This document shows positions 20,643-30,884 of a stretch of 64,000 nucleotides of DNA, piece by piece. A program made the position numbers and the translations under genes. The stretch is from Vulcanimicrobiota bacterium (GTDB lineage Bacteria > Vulcanimicrobiota > Vulcanimicrobiia > Vulcanimicrobiales > Vulcanimicrobiaceae), in the NCBI GenBank assembly GCA_963795855.1, contig CAWCIZ010000004.1, forward strand, positions 128,001 through 192,000. Direction: 5' to 3'. Below the pieces are notes generated by a model. It had not been told where the DNA came from. It searched no databases and saw only the letters and a list, made by a program, of their open reading frames with translations. Numbering within the stretch: the stretch's first letter is position 1; each line of letters begins with the position of its first letter.

Positions 20643-21854
20643 TTAGAACTGTATGACGCTCGGCGAACCGATGCCGAATTGAATCTGTACTTGCGTGGCC
20701 TTCAGGCCGCCGACCATCGGCAGCGTGTTCTGCGAACACGGCAACTGCAGACAGTCCAGTTGTTTCACGCCGTAAGGGCTATAGTTCGTCGGGCCGCCGC
20801 TGTTGAGCACGACTTGAACGAAACCGATTTTTCCGACGCGCTGCGACGCACCTAAGAAGTACGCGGCAAGGTGCTGGGCGTATGGGTCGGTGGGCAGATA
20901 GTCGCGAGAGCTTTGCGGTTCGAAGAAGAGACGCGTACCATCCGCCGGCGTGTATTCGAGATAAAGAATCTGGTAGAGCTGCGTGTGATTTTGCTGGTTC
21001 AACCCGGCAGTATGCACGAGCCAGGACGGCGCGACGGTGAAGGTTCCGAACATCTTCGGCGTCTTGAGGAACGGCAGCGTCACGGCGAGCGAGTACACCT
21101 GCGCCGTGCGCGTGTTGATATCGGTGTGCGGGATGCCGTTCGCGTCGACGAACGGCACGACGTCGTTGTTTCCGTTCGAACCGCCGACGGTAGACCAGCG
21201 CGCAACGTACGTGGGGGTAATGACGATCGGAACTGTGTGCTTACCGATTTTCCCGAGCGTTATGAGTTTCTCGAACATGAACAACGCGAATTTGTCCTTC
21301 GTCGTCACGTCGATCTGCTGCGGAATGCCTTGACACGAGGCCGACGTCGCACCGCTGAGATCGATGCAACTCGGGTTGACGCCCGGACTTAGCGGAAATG
21401 GGGCCGGAAGATAATTCGGAACTTGTCCGCTGTTGAACCCGACCGGATAGTGCTGGAGTTCGTAATAATTCGCGACTAGACGCGCGGTGGGGCTGAAGCC
21501 GTAGCCGAGCACTCCGTCCATGCCGCCGGGCAGCCACTTCTTACCGAACGTTCCCGTGTTGCCGAGTGAGTGCGCCACGGAAAAATCGAGCGTGTAGGTC
21601 AAGCCCGCCGGCAGCCCCACCGCACCCTCTCCCGGGCCGGCGCCTTTGGCTTGGGTTACCGGTGGTACTTGAGCGATCGTGCCGTCGGGAAGGTGAACGA
21701 GTTGCCGCGCCGGTGCGTTCTCCGCATTCTTGATCGCGGCGTTCGCGCCCGATACTGCGGCGCCGAACATGCCGGCGGGATCGGCCAGAGCCGGAGCGGT
21801 CATGGCCGCGGCCAACGCGAGGGCGGCGGAAGTACGAAGGAACGTACGAACCAT
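20643..21854 (-). CDS. Secreted hypothetical protein, possible outer-membrane beta-barrel
   Basis: Signal peptide ending ALA; amphipathic beta-like segments rich in aromatic residues; C-terminal Phe (SVIQF). Confidence 0.65.
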   Translation of the reverse strand: MVRTFLRTSAALALAAAMTAPALADPAGMFGAAVSGANAAIKNAENAPARQLVHLPDGTIAQVPPVTQAKGAGPGEGAVGLPAGLTYTLDFSVAHSLGNTGTFGKKWLPGGMDGVLGYGFSPTARLVANYYELQHYPVGFNSGQVPNYLPAPFPLSPGVNPSCIDLSGATSASCQGIPQQIDVTTKDKFALFMFEKLITLGKIGKHTVPIVITPTYVARWSTVGGSNGNNDVVPFVDANGIPHTDINTRTAQVYSLAVTLPFLKTPKMFGTFTVAPSWLVHTAGLNQQNHTQLYQILYLEYTPADGTRLFFEPQSSRDYLPTDPYAQHLAAYFLGASQRVGKIGFVQVVLNSGGPTNYSPYGVKQLDCLQLPCSQNTLPMVGGLKATQVQIQFGIGSPSVIQF

Positions 21855-21970
21855 TTCGATCTCCAACAGCGGGACTCTATTAAAAATAATAGTCCAAGGT
21901 TGAGCACAAAGTACCCCTCGGTCGAGTCAAAACCCTGGCGGCGTGCGAGAAAAGTCCGAAGGTCGCGATG

Positions 21971-24900
21971 CTATACCGGAAGGGGCGGTTCCGCGATTTC
22001 GGCCGGGAGCGCATCGGTGGCGATGCGGCGCCTGCGCCGCCGAAGAGACCACGACTTCACGATCACATAGAGCACCGGCGTAATGGCGAGGTTCAATATC
22101 GTAGAGACGATCATGCCGCCGAACACCACGGTGCCCAGCGAGTGCCGCGCGGCGCTTCCTGCGCCGCCGGCAAACACGAGCGGCGTGACCGCGACGATGA
22201 ATGCGATCGAGGTCATGAGAATGGGCCGCAGACGCGTTTGAGCGGCTCGCGCGGCTGCCGTTACGACGTCCGCGCCGGCACGGATCTGCTGGTTTGCGAA
22301 CTCGACGATCAGAATCGCGCTCTTGCTTGCCAGGCCGATAAGCATGACGAAGCCGACTTGCGCGTACGCGTCGCTCGGCAGCCCGCGCACACCCAGAAAT
22401 GCCAGCGCGCCCAAGATCGCGACCGGCACGGCCAGCAGCACGATGAGCGGATCGACGAAACTCTCGTATTGAGCGGCGAGCACCAAAAAAACGAAGACGA
22501 TGCCGATGAAGAAGATCAGCGCGGAGAGCGATCCGCCTTCAATCTCGTCCAGCGTAAGCCCCGACCATTCGTACGTCACGCCCGGCGGGTCGATTTGATG
22601 CGCGAGCTGTTCCATCGCGGCGATCGACTGTCCCGAGCCCTTCCCCGGCGGCGTCTGCCCGTTGATTTCTATGGAGCGGAACAGGTTGTAATGCGTGATG
22701 ATAGGTGCCGACTTCGTCATTACCGCAGTCGCCAATCCGCTGAGCGGCACCATACCCCCGTTTTGGGACCGCACGTATAGAAACTGCAGTGCATCCAGAC
22801 TGCTGCGATACGGATCGTCCGCTTGAACGAAAACCTTGTACGAGCGGTTCAGATAGTCGAAATTGTTCACGTAGAACGAACCGAGATCCGTCTGCATCGT
22901 ATTGAAGACGTCAGTGAGCGAGACGCCGATGCTTTTTGCCTTCTCTCGGTCGATGTGTACCTGGTACTGCGGCGCGTCGATGCGGAACGTCGTGAATACT
23001 TGCGAAAGATTCGGGTTGCGGTTTCCCAGCCCCATGAAGCCGTAAGCCGTCTTCATCAACGCGGGAAATCCGACGTTTCCGGCGTCCTCGAGTTCGAATT
23101 GGAAACCGCCGAAATTGCCGACGCCTTGAATTGCGGGTGGATTGAATGCGAATATCTGCGCTTCGGGAATTCCGAAGAATTGCATCTGCACGCGCTGCAA
23201 AACGGCATTGAGCGAATGTTGCGCGCCCTTGCGCTGGGACCAGGGCCGAAGCCCGATGAAAGCGATACCGCGATTCGGCCCGCTGCCGGCAAAACTAAAG
23301 CCCGACACGTCGAAGTCGTGGAGAATTTCGGGCTGCGCGTCGAGAATGCGCTCGACCTTTGCCGCCACGGCCTGCTCTTGCGAGAGCGATGCGCCTTCGG
23401 GCAGCTGAATCGTCACGATGAAGAAGCCTTGGTCTTCATTCGGAATGAACGCGGTCGGCGTCGTACGGTACAGCAGGACCGTTGCAAGAAGTGCCGCGAT
23501 GAAGAGCATCCCGACGACGGCGCGGCGCCGGAAGAGCTTGGGCATCAGCCCGCGGTACCAGTTCCGGAATGAGGCAAGTCCGCGGTTGAACCACACGAAG
23601 AACGGGAAGCGCGATTCGGTTTCACCCGTGAGCATTAGCGCGGACATGACGGGCGTCAGCGTCAGCGATGCGAAAAGCGAGATCGCGATCGACGCGGCAA
23701 TCGTCAGCGCAAACTGCCGATAGAGTTGCCCCGTCGTCCCCGGGAAGAATGCGACCGGCACGAAAACGGCAAGCAGCACCAGCGACGAAGCGACGACGGC
23801 GCCTTGAACCTCGCGCATTGCCGCGCCGGCACCTTCCACGCCGCCCATCCGTTTTTCCTGAATGAAGCGCGCGATGTTTTCTATGACGACGATTGCGTCG
23901 TCCACCACGAGCCCCGTTGCCAGAGTCAATCCGAATAAGGTAATGGTGTTGATCGTGAAACCGAACACTTTCATCACTGCGAACGTGCCGATTAGGGAGA
24001 CGGGCAGCGTTACGGCGGGAATCAGCGTCGACCGCGGATTCTGCAAGAAGATGAAAATGACCAGAACGACGAGCAAAATCGAGAAGATCAAGGTCAAAAC
24101 GACTTCTCTAATCGACTCTTTGACGAACTGCGTTACGTCGAACGCGACGTCGTAGGAAACACCGGCCGGAAAGTTGCGCGAGAGAATTTCGAGTTCTTTC
24201 TTGACGCCGTCGGCGGCTTGAAGCGCGTTCGCCGTGGGCAACTGCTGAATGCCCAGACCGACGACGTTCTGGTTTCCGTCGAAGGCGATCGAACTCGAGT
24301 AATCTTCCGCTCCGAGCTCGACACGCGCGACGTCGCCCAAGCGCGTGAAACCGCCGCCCGACTCGGCGCGAACGATGATGCTGCGGAACTGCTCCGGCGT
24401 ACTCAAGCGGCCTTCCGCATGCACCGTGATGGTGAACGGCTGGTTTTTCCGCTCCGGTGCGCCGCCGATACTGCCGGCTGCAACCTCCACGTTTTGCTCT
24501 TGCAGCGAGTTTAGGACGTCGCTGATTGCCAGGCCGCGCGCTTCGAGTTCGTGCGGATCGACCCAGATGCGCATCGCGTAACGCCGCTGGCCGAAGATGA
24601 TGACGTTGCTGACGCCTTTTACGCGCTTGAGGGCGTTGACGACGTTCAGTTCCGCATAGTTGCTCAGAAACAGACTGATTGAACTGCGGATTGCTCGACT
24701 TGAGCGCGAGCGCCATAATAAACGTGCCGGAGTTTTTAGTGACCGTTACGCCCGTCTGCTTCACCTCGGCCGGTAACAGACCGGATGCGGACTGCACGGC
24801 GTTCTGGACGTCCGTGGCGGCAATGTCGAGATCGGTCCCGAGATTGAACGTGCACGTGATGGTGCTCGTGCCGTTGTTTGCGCTCGTGGATGTAATGTAA

Positions 24901-25127
24901 CGCAAGCCTTCGACACCGTTGATCGCCTGCTCGAGTGGAGTGGTGACGGCAGATTCAACCGCCTGCGCGTTGGCGCCGATGTACGTTGCGTTAACGGTTA
25001 CGACCGGCGGCGCGATCTGCGGGTATTGCGCGATAGGCAGCGTCGGAATTGCTATAAGGCCGGCGATCAGGATCACCAGCGAGCAAACCGCGGCAAAGAT
25101 AGGCCTGCGCAGAAAAAACTGAGTCAC
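21971..25127 (-). CDS. RND efflux permease (AcrB/HAE1); apparent +1 frameshift at 24674
   Basis: FLRRPIFA, AQYPQIAPP, GLVVDDAIVVIEN, RLRPILMTS; removing A24674 gives NQLFLSNYAELN. Confidence 0.92.
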
Positions 25128-25243
25128 GGATCCTCCCGCCAAACGAACCGTCGGTTCTTTCGCCCTTTGACCCGTTAGCACCGCAAGGGGTTGCCGGCTC
25201 TGCTCGATTTCGTCGACGGGCCGTTAAATTGACCGGCGAGAGA

Positions 25244-26137
25244 TTATCTAAAAGCCTGCTCTGCGTGGTACGAGCTGCGCGAAAGCGGGCTCGAGACGAC
25301 CTGATGGAATCCCTTGGACCGGCCCAGCCGCGCGTATTCGGCGAATTTTTCCGGAGTAACGAACGTGTCGACCGGCAGATGCTTTTTGGTGGGCTGCAGG
25401 TACTGCCCGATGGTGAAGATGTCGACGCCGGCGCCGCGCGCGTCGTCCATGGTTTGCGCGACCTCTTCGTCGGTTTCGCCTAGACCCACCATTATGGACG
25501 TCTTGGTAAAGCGCTCCGGTGCAAAATTCTTGGCATGCTCTAACACCCGCAGCGACTGCTCGTACTTCGCGCGTTTGTCGCGCACGCGCGGAGTAAGCCG
25601 GCGAACGGTCTCGAGATTGTGCGCAAAGACGTCCGGCTTCGCATCGAGCACGATGTCGAGCGCATCGATATCGCCGCGGTAATCGCCCGAAAGAATTTCG
25701 ACGCGCGAGCCGGGAACGCGCTCGTGAATCGCGCGGACCGTATTCGCGAAAATCAGTGCCCCGCCGTCCGGCAAATCGTCGCGATCCACCGCAGTCAGGA
25801 CCAGATAACTCCAGCCCATGTCGCGCACGGCGTCGGCAACGCGTTGCGGCTCCATCCAATCGACGGCGCCCTTCGGATTGCCGGTCTTGACGTTGCAGAA
25901 CCGGCACCCTCGCGTGCACGTATCGCCGAGAATCATGATGGTGGCCGTACCGGCGCCCCAGCACTCGGCCAAGTTCGGACAATTCGCTTCTTTGCAGACG
26001 GTGTTCAGCGCTAGTCCGTCGACCTTGGCTTTCACGCGCTCGTACGCTTCACCGTGCGGCAGCTTGACCTTCAGCCACGCAGGCTTGGGTATGCGCGCCG
26101 GTCCGTCGCGGTCGATCAAGTCGATTTCGATAGCCAT
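25244..26137 (-). CDS. lipA: Lipoyl synthase
   Basis: KPAWLK, VCKEANCPNLAECW, CTRGCRFC, HNLETV, GQYLQP, RSSY. Confidence 0.96.
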   Translation of the reverse strand: MAIEIDLIDRDGPARIPKPAWLKVKLPHGEAYERVKAKVDGLALNTVCKEANCPNLAECWGAGTATIMILGDTCTRGCRFCNVKTGNPKGAVDWMEPQRVADAVRDMGWSYLVLTAVDRDDLPDGGALIFANTVRAIHERVPGSRVEILSGDYRGDIDALDIVLDAKPDVFAHNLETVRRLTPRVRDKRAKYEQSLRVLEHAKNFAPERFTKTSIMVGLGETDEEVAQTMDDARGAGVDIFTIGQYLQPTKKHLPVDTFVTPEKFAEYARLGRSKGFHQVVSSPLSRSSYHAEQAFR

Positions 26138-26147
26138 TATGCCGATT

Positions 26148-26824
26148 TCACGATGCCGGTTTGAGCCCACGCTTGCGGCGCCTGCTCAAACTCGATCTCA
26201 AACGCTTTCGACAGCGCGCGCTCGACGATCGGTTTCGTTTCTTCGACGCAAACGGCTCGCCCCGTTTCGCGCGAGAGGCTGGTGATGCCGCGATCCGTGA
26301 GCCCGCACGGATTGATGAGCCTGTCGTCAGCTCAACTCCGTGTTGACGTTCAGCGCTATACCGTGCAGCGACGTCATCTTTTGGACGGCGAGCCCAATAG
26401 CGCAAATCTGGTCGCGGCCGACCCAGACGCCGGCGTGTTCGCTCCACCGCTCGGCGTGCACGCCGAAATCCGCGCAAGCGTCGATGATCGCACCCTCGAG
26501 CGCGCGCACCAGCGGCACCACTTCGCGAAACCGCTCCAAACGCCGGATCGGATACACCACAAGTTGGCCGGGACCATGATACGTCACATCGCCGCCGCGC
26601 TCGATGCGTACGACGTCCACGCCGCGCACGGCGAGCGCTTCCGGTGAAAGCAGCAAATTCTCGGCTTTTGCGGTGCGGCCCAGCGTGATTACCGGCGGAT
26701 GCTCGACGAAGATCCAGGTTTCCGGCTCTTCACCGCCGCGCACGCGCGCATGCAGTGCATGCTGCAAGCCCCATACGTCGCGATACGAACGCAGGCCGAG
26801 ATCGAGAAGCCAGGCGCGGGTCAC
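26148..26824 (-). CDS. lipB: Octanoyltransferase; apparent +1 frameshift at about 26328
   Basis: EHPPVITLG, RGGDVTYHGPGQLVVYP, HGIALNV, then shifted frame YDRLINPCG. Confidence 0.92.
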
Positions 26825-26954
26825 GCCGCTCCTTTCCGCAACGGGAGCGCGGCGATGCGTCGACAGGACGGCGACATCAAAACTTCGTTCTCTGCAAAAA
26901 GCGGAGAAGCAGCAAAATCACACGATGTGATTTTGCGAGTGTCTTCGACGAAGT
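26825..26954. other. Multi-hairpin structured intergenic element between lpdA and lipB
   Basis: Perfect IR GCAAAATCACA-CGA-TGTGATTTTGC (26912-26936), TTCTCTGC/GCGGAGAA, closing ACTTCGT/ACGAAGT, and two further hairpins. Confidence 0.55.
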
Positions 26955-26975
26955 CTCGTACCGCGACCAACGCCG

Positions 26976-28427
26976 TTACTTCGCTCCCACCGGTTGAGGA
27001 GCCGGTTTCTTTGCGTTGACGATGTGAATCGCTTTGCCGTGCGCGGCTTCCGCGGCGTCCATGATCCCTTCGGTGAGCGTCGGGTGCGGATGGATCGAGA
27101 GGCCGATATCTTCGAGCGTCGCGCCCATCTCGAGTGCGATCACGCCTTCGCCGATCAGCGATTCGGCTTGCGGCGCGACGATGTGCATGCCCAGCAGCAT
27201 GTCCGTCTTTGCGTCGCCGACGAGTTTGATCAGGCCGTCCGATTCGTTCATCGTCCGCGCGCGGCCGCTCGCTGCGAGCGGGAACTTGCCGATGCGCACC
27301 TCGTGGCCTGTCGCTTTTGCTTCTTCTTCCGAAAGACCGACCGTGGCGACTTCGGGGTCGGTGTAAACACAGTTCGGAATTGCTACCGGATCGAAAGCCG
27401 CGGAGCGATCGCCGCCGATCACTTCGGCCGCGACGACGCCTTCCTTCATGCCTTTGTGCGCGAGCATCGGCGCTCCGGTGACGTCCCCGATCGCGAAAAC
27501 GTTCGCGACCTTCGTACGGCGTTGAGCATCGACGTCAACGAAGCCGCGCTCGTTCGTGGATAAGCCGGCGGCTTGCAGGTTGAGACCATCGGTTACGGGA
27601 CGCCGTCCCACTGCGACGAGCACGCAATCGAACTCCCGCGTTTCATCTTTTCCGCCCGTGCCGTCTCCGTTGAACGTCGCCTTGACGCTTTTGCCGGATT
27701 TCTCGATGGCGCCGACTTTCGTGCCGAGCATGATCTCCACGCCTTGCTTTTTCAGAATGCGCCCAAGAGTTTTCGAGATCTCGAGGTCAGTGCCGGTCAA
27801 TATCTGAGGCAGCGCTTCGATCACGAGCACTTTGCAGCCCATGCGCGTGTACACCGTCGCGAATTCCAGCCCGATCACACCGCCGCCGATCACGAGCATC
27901 GTCTTGGGAACGCGCTTGAGTTGGACGGCGTCGTCCGAATTTATGATGTATTCGCCGTCGCGCGGCCAGGCTTTCACGTCGATGGGCGCGGAGCCGGTTG
28001 CGATGACGACGTGCTCGGCTTTGATGGAGTCTTGGCCGCCTTCTTTTTTCTTGACGACGATCTCGTTCGCGCTTTTGAAGCCGGCTTCGCCGTAAATGAA
28101 CTGCACGTTGTTCGCCTTGAACAGCGTCTTCACGCCGCCGACATTTGAGTTCACGACGTCGGTTTTGAATTTCGCGACGCCGTCGCGATCGACGTCCGCT
28201 TTGGCGACTTTCAGGCCGATCGCGCCGGCGTGATCGATGTGGCGGATCACCTCACCCACGTGCAGCAAAGCTTTCGTCGGAATGCAGCCCCAGTTCAGGC
28301 ACACGCCGCCGACCTCGTCGCGATCGACACAGATCACTTTCTTGCCGAGTTGTCCGAGGCGTATGGCCGCGTGGTACCCGCCGGGGCCGGCGCCGATGAC
28401 GACCGCGTCGACTTGATGTTCAGCCAC
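26976..28427 (-). CDS. lpdA: Dihydrolipoyl dehydrogenase
   Basis: GAGPGGY, GGVCLNWGCIPTK redox disulfide, GGGVIGLE, HPHPTLTE. Confidence 0.96.
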   Translation of the reverse strand: MAEHQVDAVVIGAGPGGYHAAIRLGQLGKKVICVDRDEVGGVCLNWGCIPTKALLHVGEVIRHIDHAGAIGLKVAKADVDRDGVAKFKTDVVNSNVGGVKTLFKANNVQFIYGEAGFKSANEIVVKKKEGGQDSIKAEHVVIATGSAPIDVKAWPRDGEYIINSDDAVQLKRVPKTMLVIGGGVIGLEFATVYTRMGCKVLVIEALPQILTGTDLEISKTLGRILKKQGVEIMLGTKVGAIEKSGKSVKATFNGDGTGGKDETREFDCVLVAVGRRPVTDGLNLQAAGLSTNERGFVDVDAQRRTKVANVFAIGDVTGAPMLAHKGMKEGVVAAEVIGGDRSAAFDPVAIPNCVYTDPEVATVGLSEEEAKATGHEVRIGKFPLAASGRARTMNESDGLIKLVGDAKTDMLLGMHIVAPQAESLIGEGVIALEMGATLEDIGLSIHPHPTLTEGIMDAAEAAHGKAIHIVNAKKPAPQPVGAK

Positions 28428-28450
28428 TTCGTATAGCTCCGTTCTAAAAA

Positions 28451-28496
28451 GGCGCTTCGGCCTAGGCGGCGCGCCCCCCACTTCGTGGACCCAAAA
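28451..28496 (-). repeat. Dispersed CTAG-loop hairpin element, copy 1 (upstream of lpdA)
   Basis: Minus strand GGCGCGCCGCCTAGGCCGAAGCGCC (28475-28451) preceded by a CCAC-GAA-GTGG mini-hairpin; related to 39272-39296 and 45652-45676. Confidence 0.7.
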
Positions 28497-28560
28497 TATC
28501 GTCTCTCACTATGACAACCAGACCGCGCTCGCGTCTGCAACTTCCAAAGTAGGGGTGATG

Positions 28561-28605
28561 CCATCCAATCGAAGAAATGGATTGGAAATGCCGAAAATTG
28601 GATGG
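28561..28605. promoter_or_regulatory. Putative MocR-family autoregulatory operator
   Basis: CCATCCAAT (28561-69) and ATTGGATGG (28597-605) are perfect inverted repeats; third site ATTGGA at 28581-86. Confidence 0.45.
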
Positions 28606-30051
28606 CTTGCCGGCTTGCCCGAGCTCGACCGCCGGAGCATTGTCCCGCTGTACCGGCAAATCTACGAGGCGCTGCGCGAATCGATTCTTGCCGGCACTCT
28701 TCCCGAATCTACCCGGCTGCCGCCCGAGCGCTCCCTTGCAGATCGGCTCAACGTCAACCGGAGCACGGTCGTGCACGCATATCGCGAGCTCGTTGCCGAC
28801 GGCCTCATCGAACAAAAGGTCGGTTCCGGTTCGCGCGTCGTGCCGCAGCTGCGTGCCGGACAACCCGAACGTTCGGCGGCGGTGCCGTGGTGGGTGACGC
28901 TGCCGCCGTGGCGCGTCGGCGAGTTCCCGACCATTCTGGGCGAGTTGGCGGCCAAACAGGAGCCGGGGCGGATCAGCTTCGTGCAGGGCGTCGCGCCCGA
29001 CGAACCTTCGCCGCTCGGCGAACTCGCCAAATCGTTTTCACGCGTTGCGTCGGATCCGCGCTTCATTCTTTCGTACGGCGACTCCGAAGGCTATGAGCCG
29101 CTGCGCGAAGCCATTTCGCGTCGGATGAAAGTGCGCGGCGCGCAAACGCAGCCCAAAGACGTGATCGTCTTGACCGGATCGACGCAAGGCATCATGGTCG
29201 TCGCTCAATCGCTCGCGGAGCCGGGCGACGAGATCATCGTCGAAACGCCGAGCTATCCGGGCGCGCTGCAGATTTTTCAGATCTGCGGCTTGCGCGCGAT
29301 TCCGGTTCCGGTCGACGAAGACGGAATGCGCGTCGATCACGTGGAGGCGATTTTGCGCACGCGCCGTCCGCGGTTCATTTACACGATGCCGTCGCTGCAT
29401 AATCCGACGAACGTTACGATGAATGCGGATCGCCGTGAACGGCTGGTCACGCTTGCACGCCGCGCCGGAATACCGATCGTCGAAGACGATCCGTACGGCG
29501 AGCTCGCCCAGCACGGATTGGTGCCGCTGGTCGGCTTGGCGCCCGACTACGTGGTGTACCTGAGCACGTTCAGTAAAACGATCGCGCCGTCGCTGCGCGT
29601 CGGGTGGCTCGCCGCGCCGCGCACCATCCTGGAACGCCTGTTACTGCGCAAGCAGGCGCTCGACATGGCGACGAGTCTCTACGTACAAGCCGCGATCTGC
29701 GATTACGTCGAGAGCGGTTACGATGCGCACGTCGCGCAATTGCGGCAAGAGCTGCGTTTGCGGCGCGAAATGGCCGACGCTGCGATTGCCGAACACTGGC
29801 CGAATAGCATGCGAGCGAGCAAAGCCGGCGGCGGATTCTACCTTTGGGCTACCACTCCGCGAGAGTTGCGCGCGCGGCCGCTTCTGGATCAAGCCGAGCG
29901 CCTTGGCGCATCGTTCCTGTTCGGCGAACCGTTCTTCGCGAATTCCGGCGGAGACCACAACTTTCGCTTGGCGTTGACGCCGGTCACGCGAGAGCAGATT
30001 CCCGAAGGAATCCGGCGCATAGGGAAAGCCGTCGCTCAGATGCGCCCATGA
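28588..30051 (+). CDS. GntR/MocR-family regulator (wHTH + PLP aminotransferase-like domain)
   Basis: PLYRQI, RLPPERSLADRLNVNRSTVVHAYREL wHTH; EDDPYGEL, STFSKTIAPSLRVGW. Confidence 0.92.
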   Translation: MPKIGWLAGLPELDRRSIVPLYRQIYEALRESILAGTLPESTRLPPERSLADRLNVNRSTVVHAYRELVADGLIEQKVGSGSRVVPQLRAGQPERSAAVPWWVTLPPWRVGEFPTILGELAAKQEPGRISFVQGVAPDEPSPLGELAKSFSRVASDPRFILSYGDSEGYEPLREAISRRMKVRGAQTQPKDVIVLTGSTQGIMVVAQSLAEPGDEIIVETPSYPGALQIFQICGLRAIPVPVDEDGMRVDHVEAILRTRRPRFIYTMPSLHNPTNVTMNADRRERLVTLARRAGIPIVEDDPYGELAQHGLVPLVGLAPDYVVYLSTFSKTIAPSLRVGWLAAPRTILERLLLRKQALDMATSLYVQAAICDYVESGYDAHVAQLRQELRLRREMADAAIAEHWPNSMRASKAGGGFYLWATTPRELRARPLLDQAERLGASFLFGEPFFANSGGDHNFRLALTPVTREQIPEGIRRIGKAVAQMRP

Positions 30052-30884
30052 CCCACGGACGAGGCGTCGCCGATGCCGATCGCGACGTGCGCCAATACCT
30101 CGTGCGGGTCGCTGCGGTGCTGGGCCACGCGCTCGGCGACGAACTTCGCGGGTTGTACGTGCACGGCTCGCTCGCGAGCGGCGCGTTTCGCCGGGAGCAC
30201 AGCGACATCGATTTGCTTGCCGTCTGCCGCTCGAAACTCTCCCCCGGACGCCGAGAAGCGGTAGCGCGAGCGCTGGTGCAACTTTCCGACGCGCGCCCAA
30301 CGCTCGGCGACATCGACGTGAGTGTCGTCCAAGAACGGTTCGCGCGAGCATTCGAGCATCCGATGCCGTACGAAGTGCACTACAGTTCCGCCTGGCACGA
30401 AGCGATCCGGCACGGGAAAGTTGAATTCGCCGCCGATCCCACGAACATCGACCTGGCTGCCGACATCGTCGACGCTCGCGAGCGCGGCGTCACGCTCTAT
30501 GGGCCGCCGCCCGGTTCGTTGTTCGGGCCTGTGCCGTGGCATGCGTTCATCAACGCCCTGCAGGCGGACTTTCAGTGGGCGCGCGCGCATGTGAGCGACA
30601 TGCCGGTCTATGCGGTGCTGAACGCGTGCCGAGTGCTGCACGGCGCAACTTCACGCACCGTCACGGCGCTGAACAAGGACGAAGCGGCAACGTGGGCGCT
30701 GCAAACCGTACCGCGCATGTATCATTCGATCGTCAACGACGCGCTGCAAATCTATCGGGGCAGCAAGTCGCTCGACGACGTCGTCATCGCCGAACGCGAC
30801 GTCATCGCATTGCGCGAGTACGTGCGCCGGCGTTGCGAGTCGGCGTTCGCGCGCGCTTCGGATTGCGGAGAAGAAGAAGCGTGA
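30048..30884 (+). CDS. Nucleotidyltransferase with DUF4111-like C-terminus (ANT(3'')/ANT(9)-like fold)
   Basis: GLYVHGSLASG...SDIDLL Pol-beta NTase motif; DLAA..R.RGV.LYGP; YAVLNACR; KDEAATW. Confidence 0.8.
   Translation: MTHGRGVADADRDVRQYLVRVAAVLGHALGDELRGLYVHGSLASGAFRREHSDIDLLAVCRSKLSPGRREAVARALVQLSDARPTLGDIDVSVVQERFARAFEHPMPYEVHYSSAWHEAIRHGKVEFAADPTNIDLAADIVDARERGVTLYGPPPGSLFGPVPWHAFINALQADFQWARAHVSDMPVYAVLNACRVLHGATSRTVTALNKDEAATWALQTVPRMYHSIVNDALQIYRGSKSLDDVVIAERDVIALREYVRRRCESAFARASDCGEEEA

Noticed and set aside
30048..30884. Calling this gene aadA (a resistance gene)
   Set aside because: Only fold-level motifs are recognisable; the substrate cannot be assigned from sequence.
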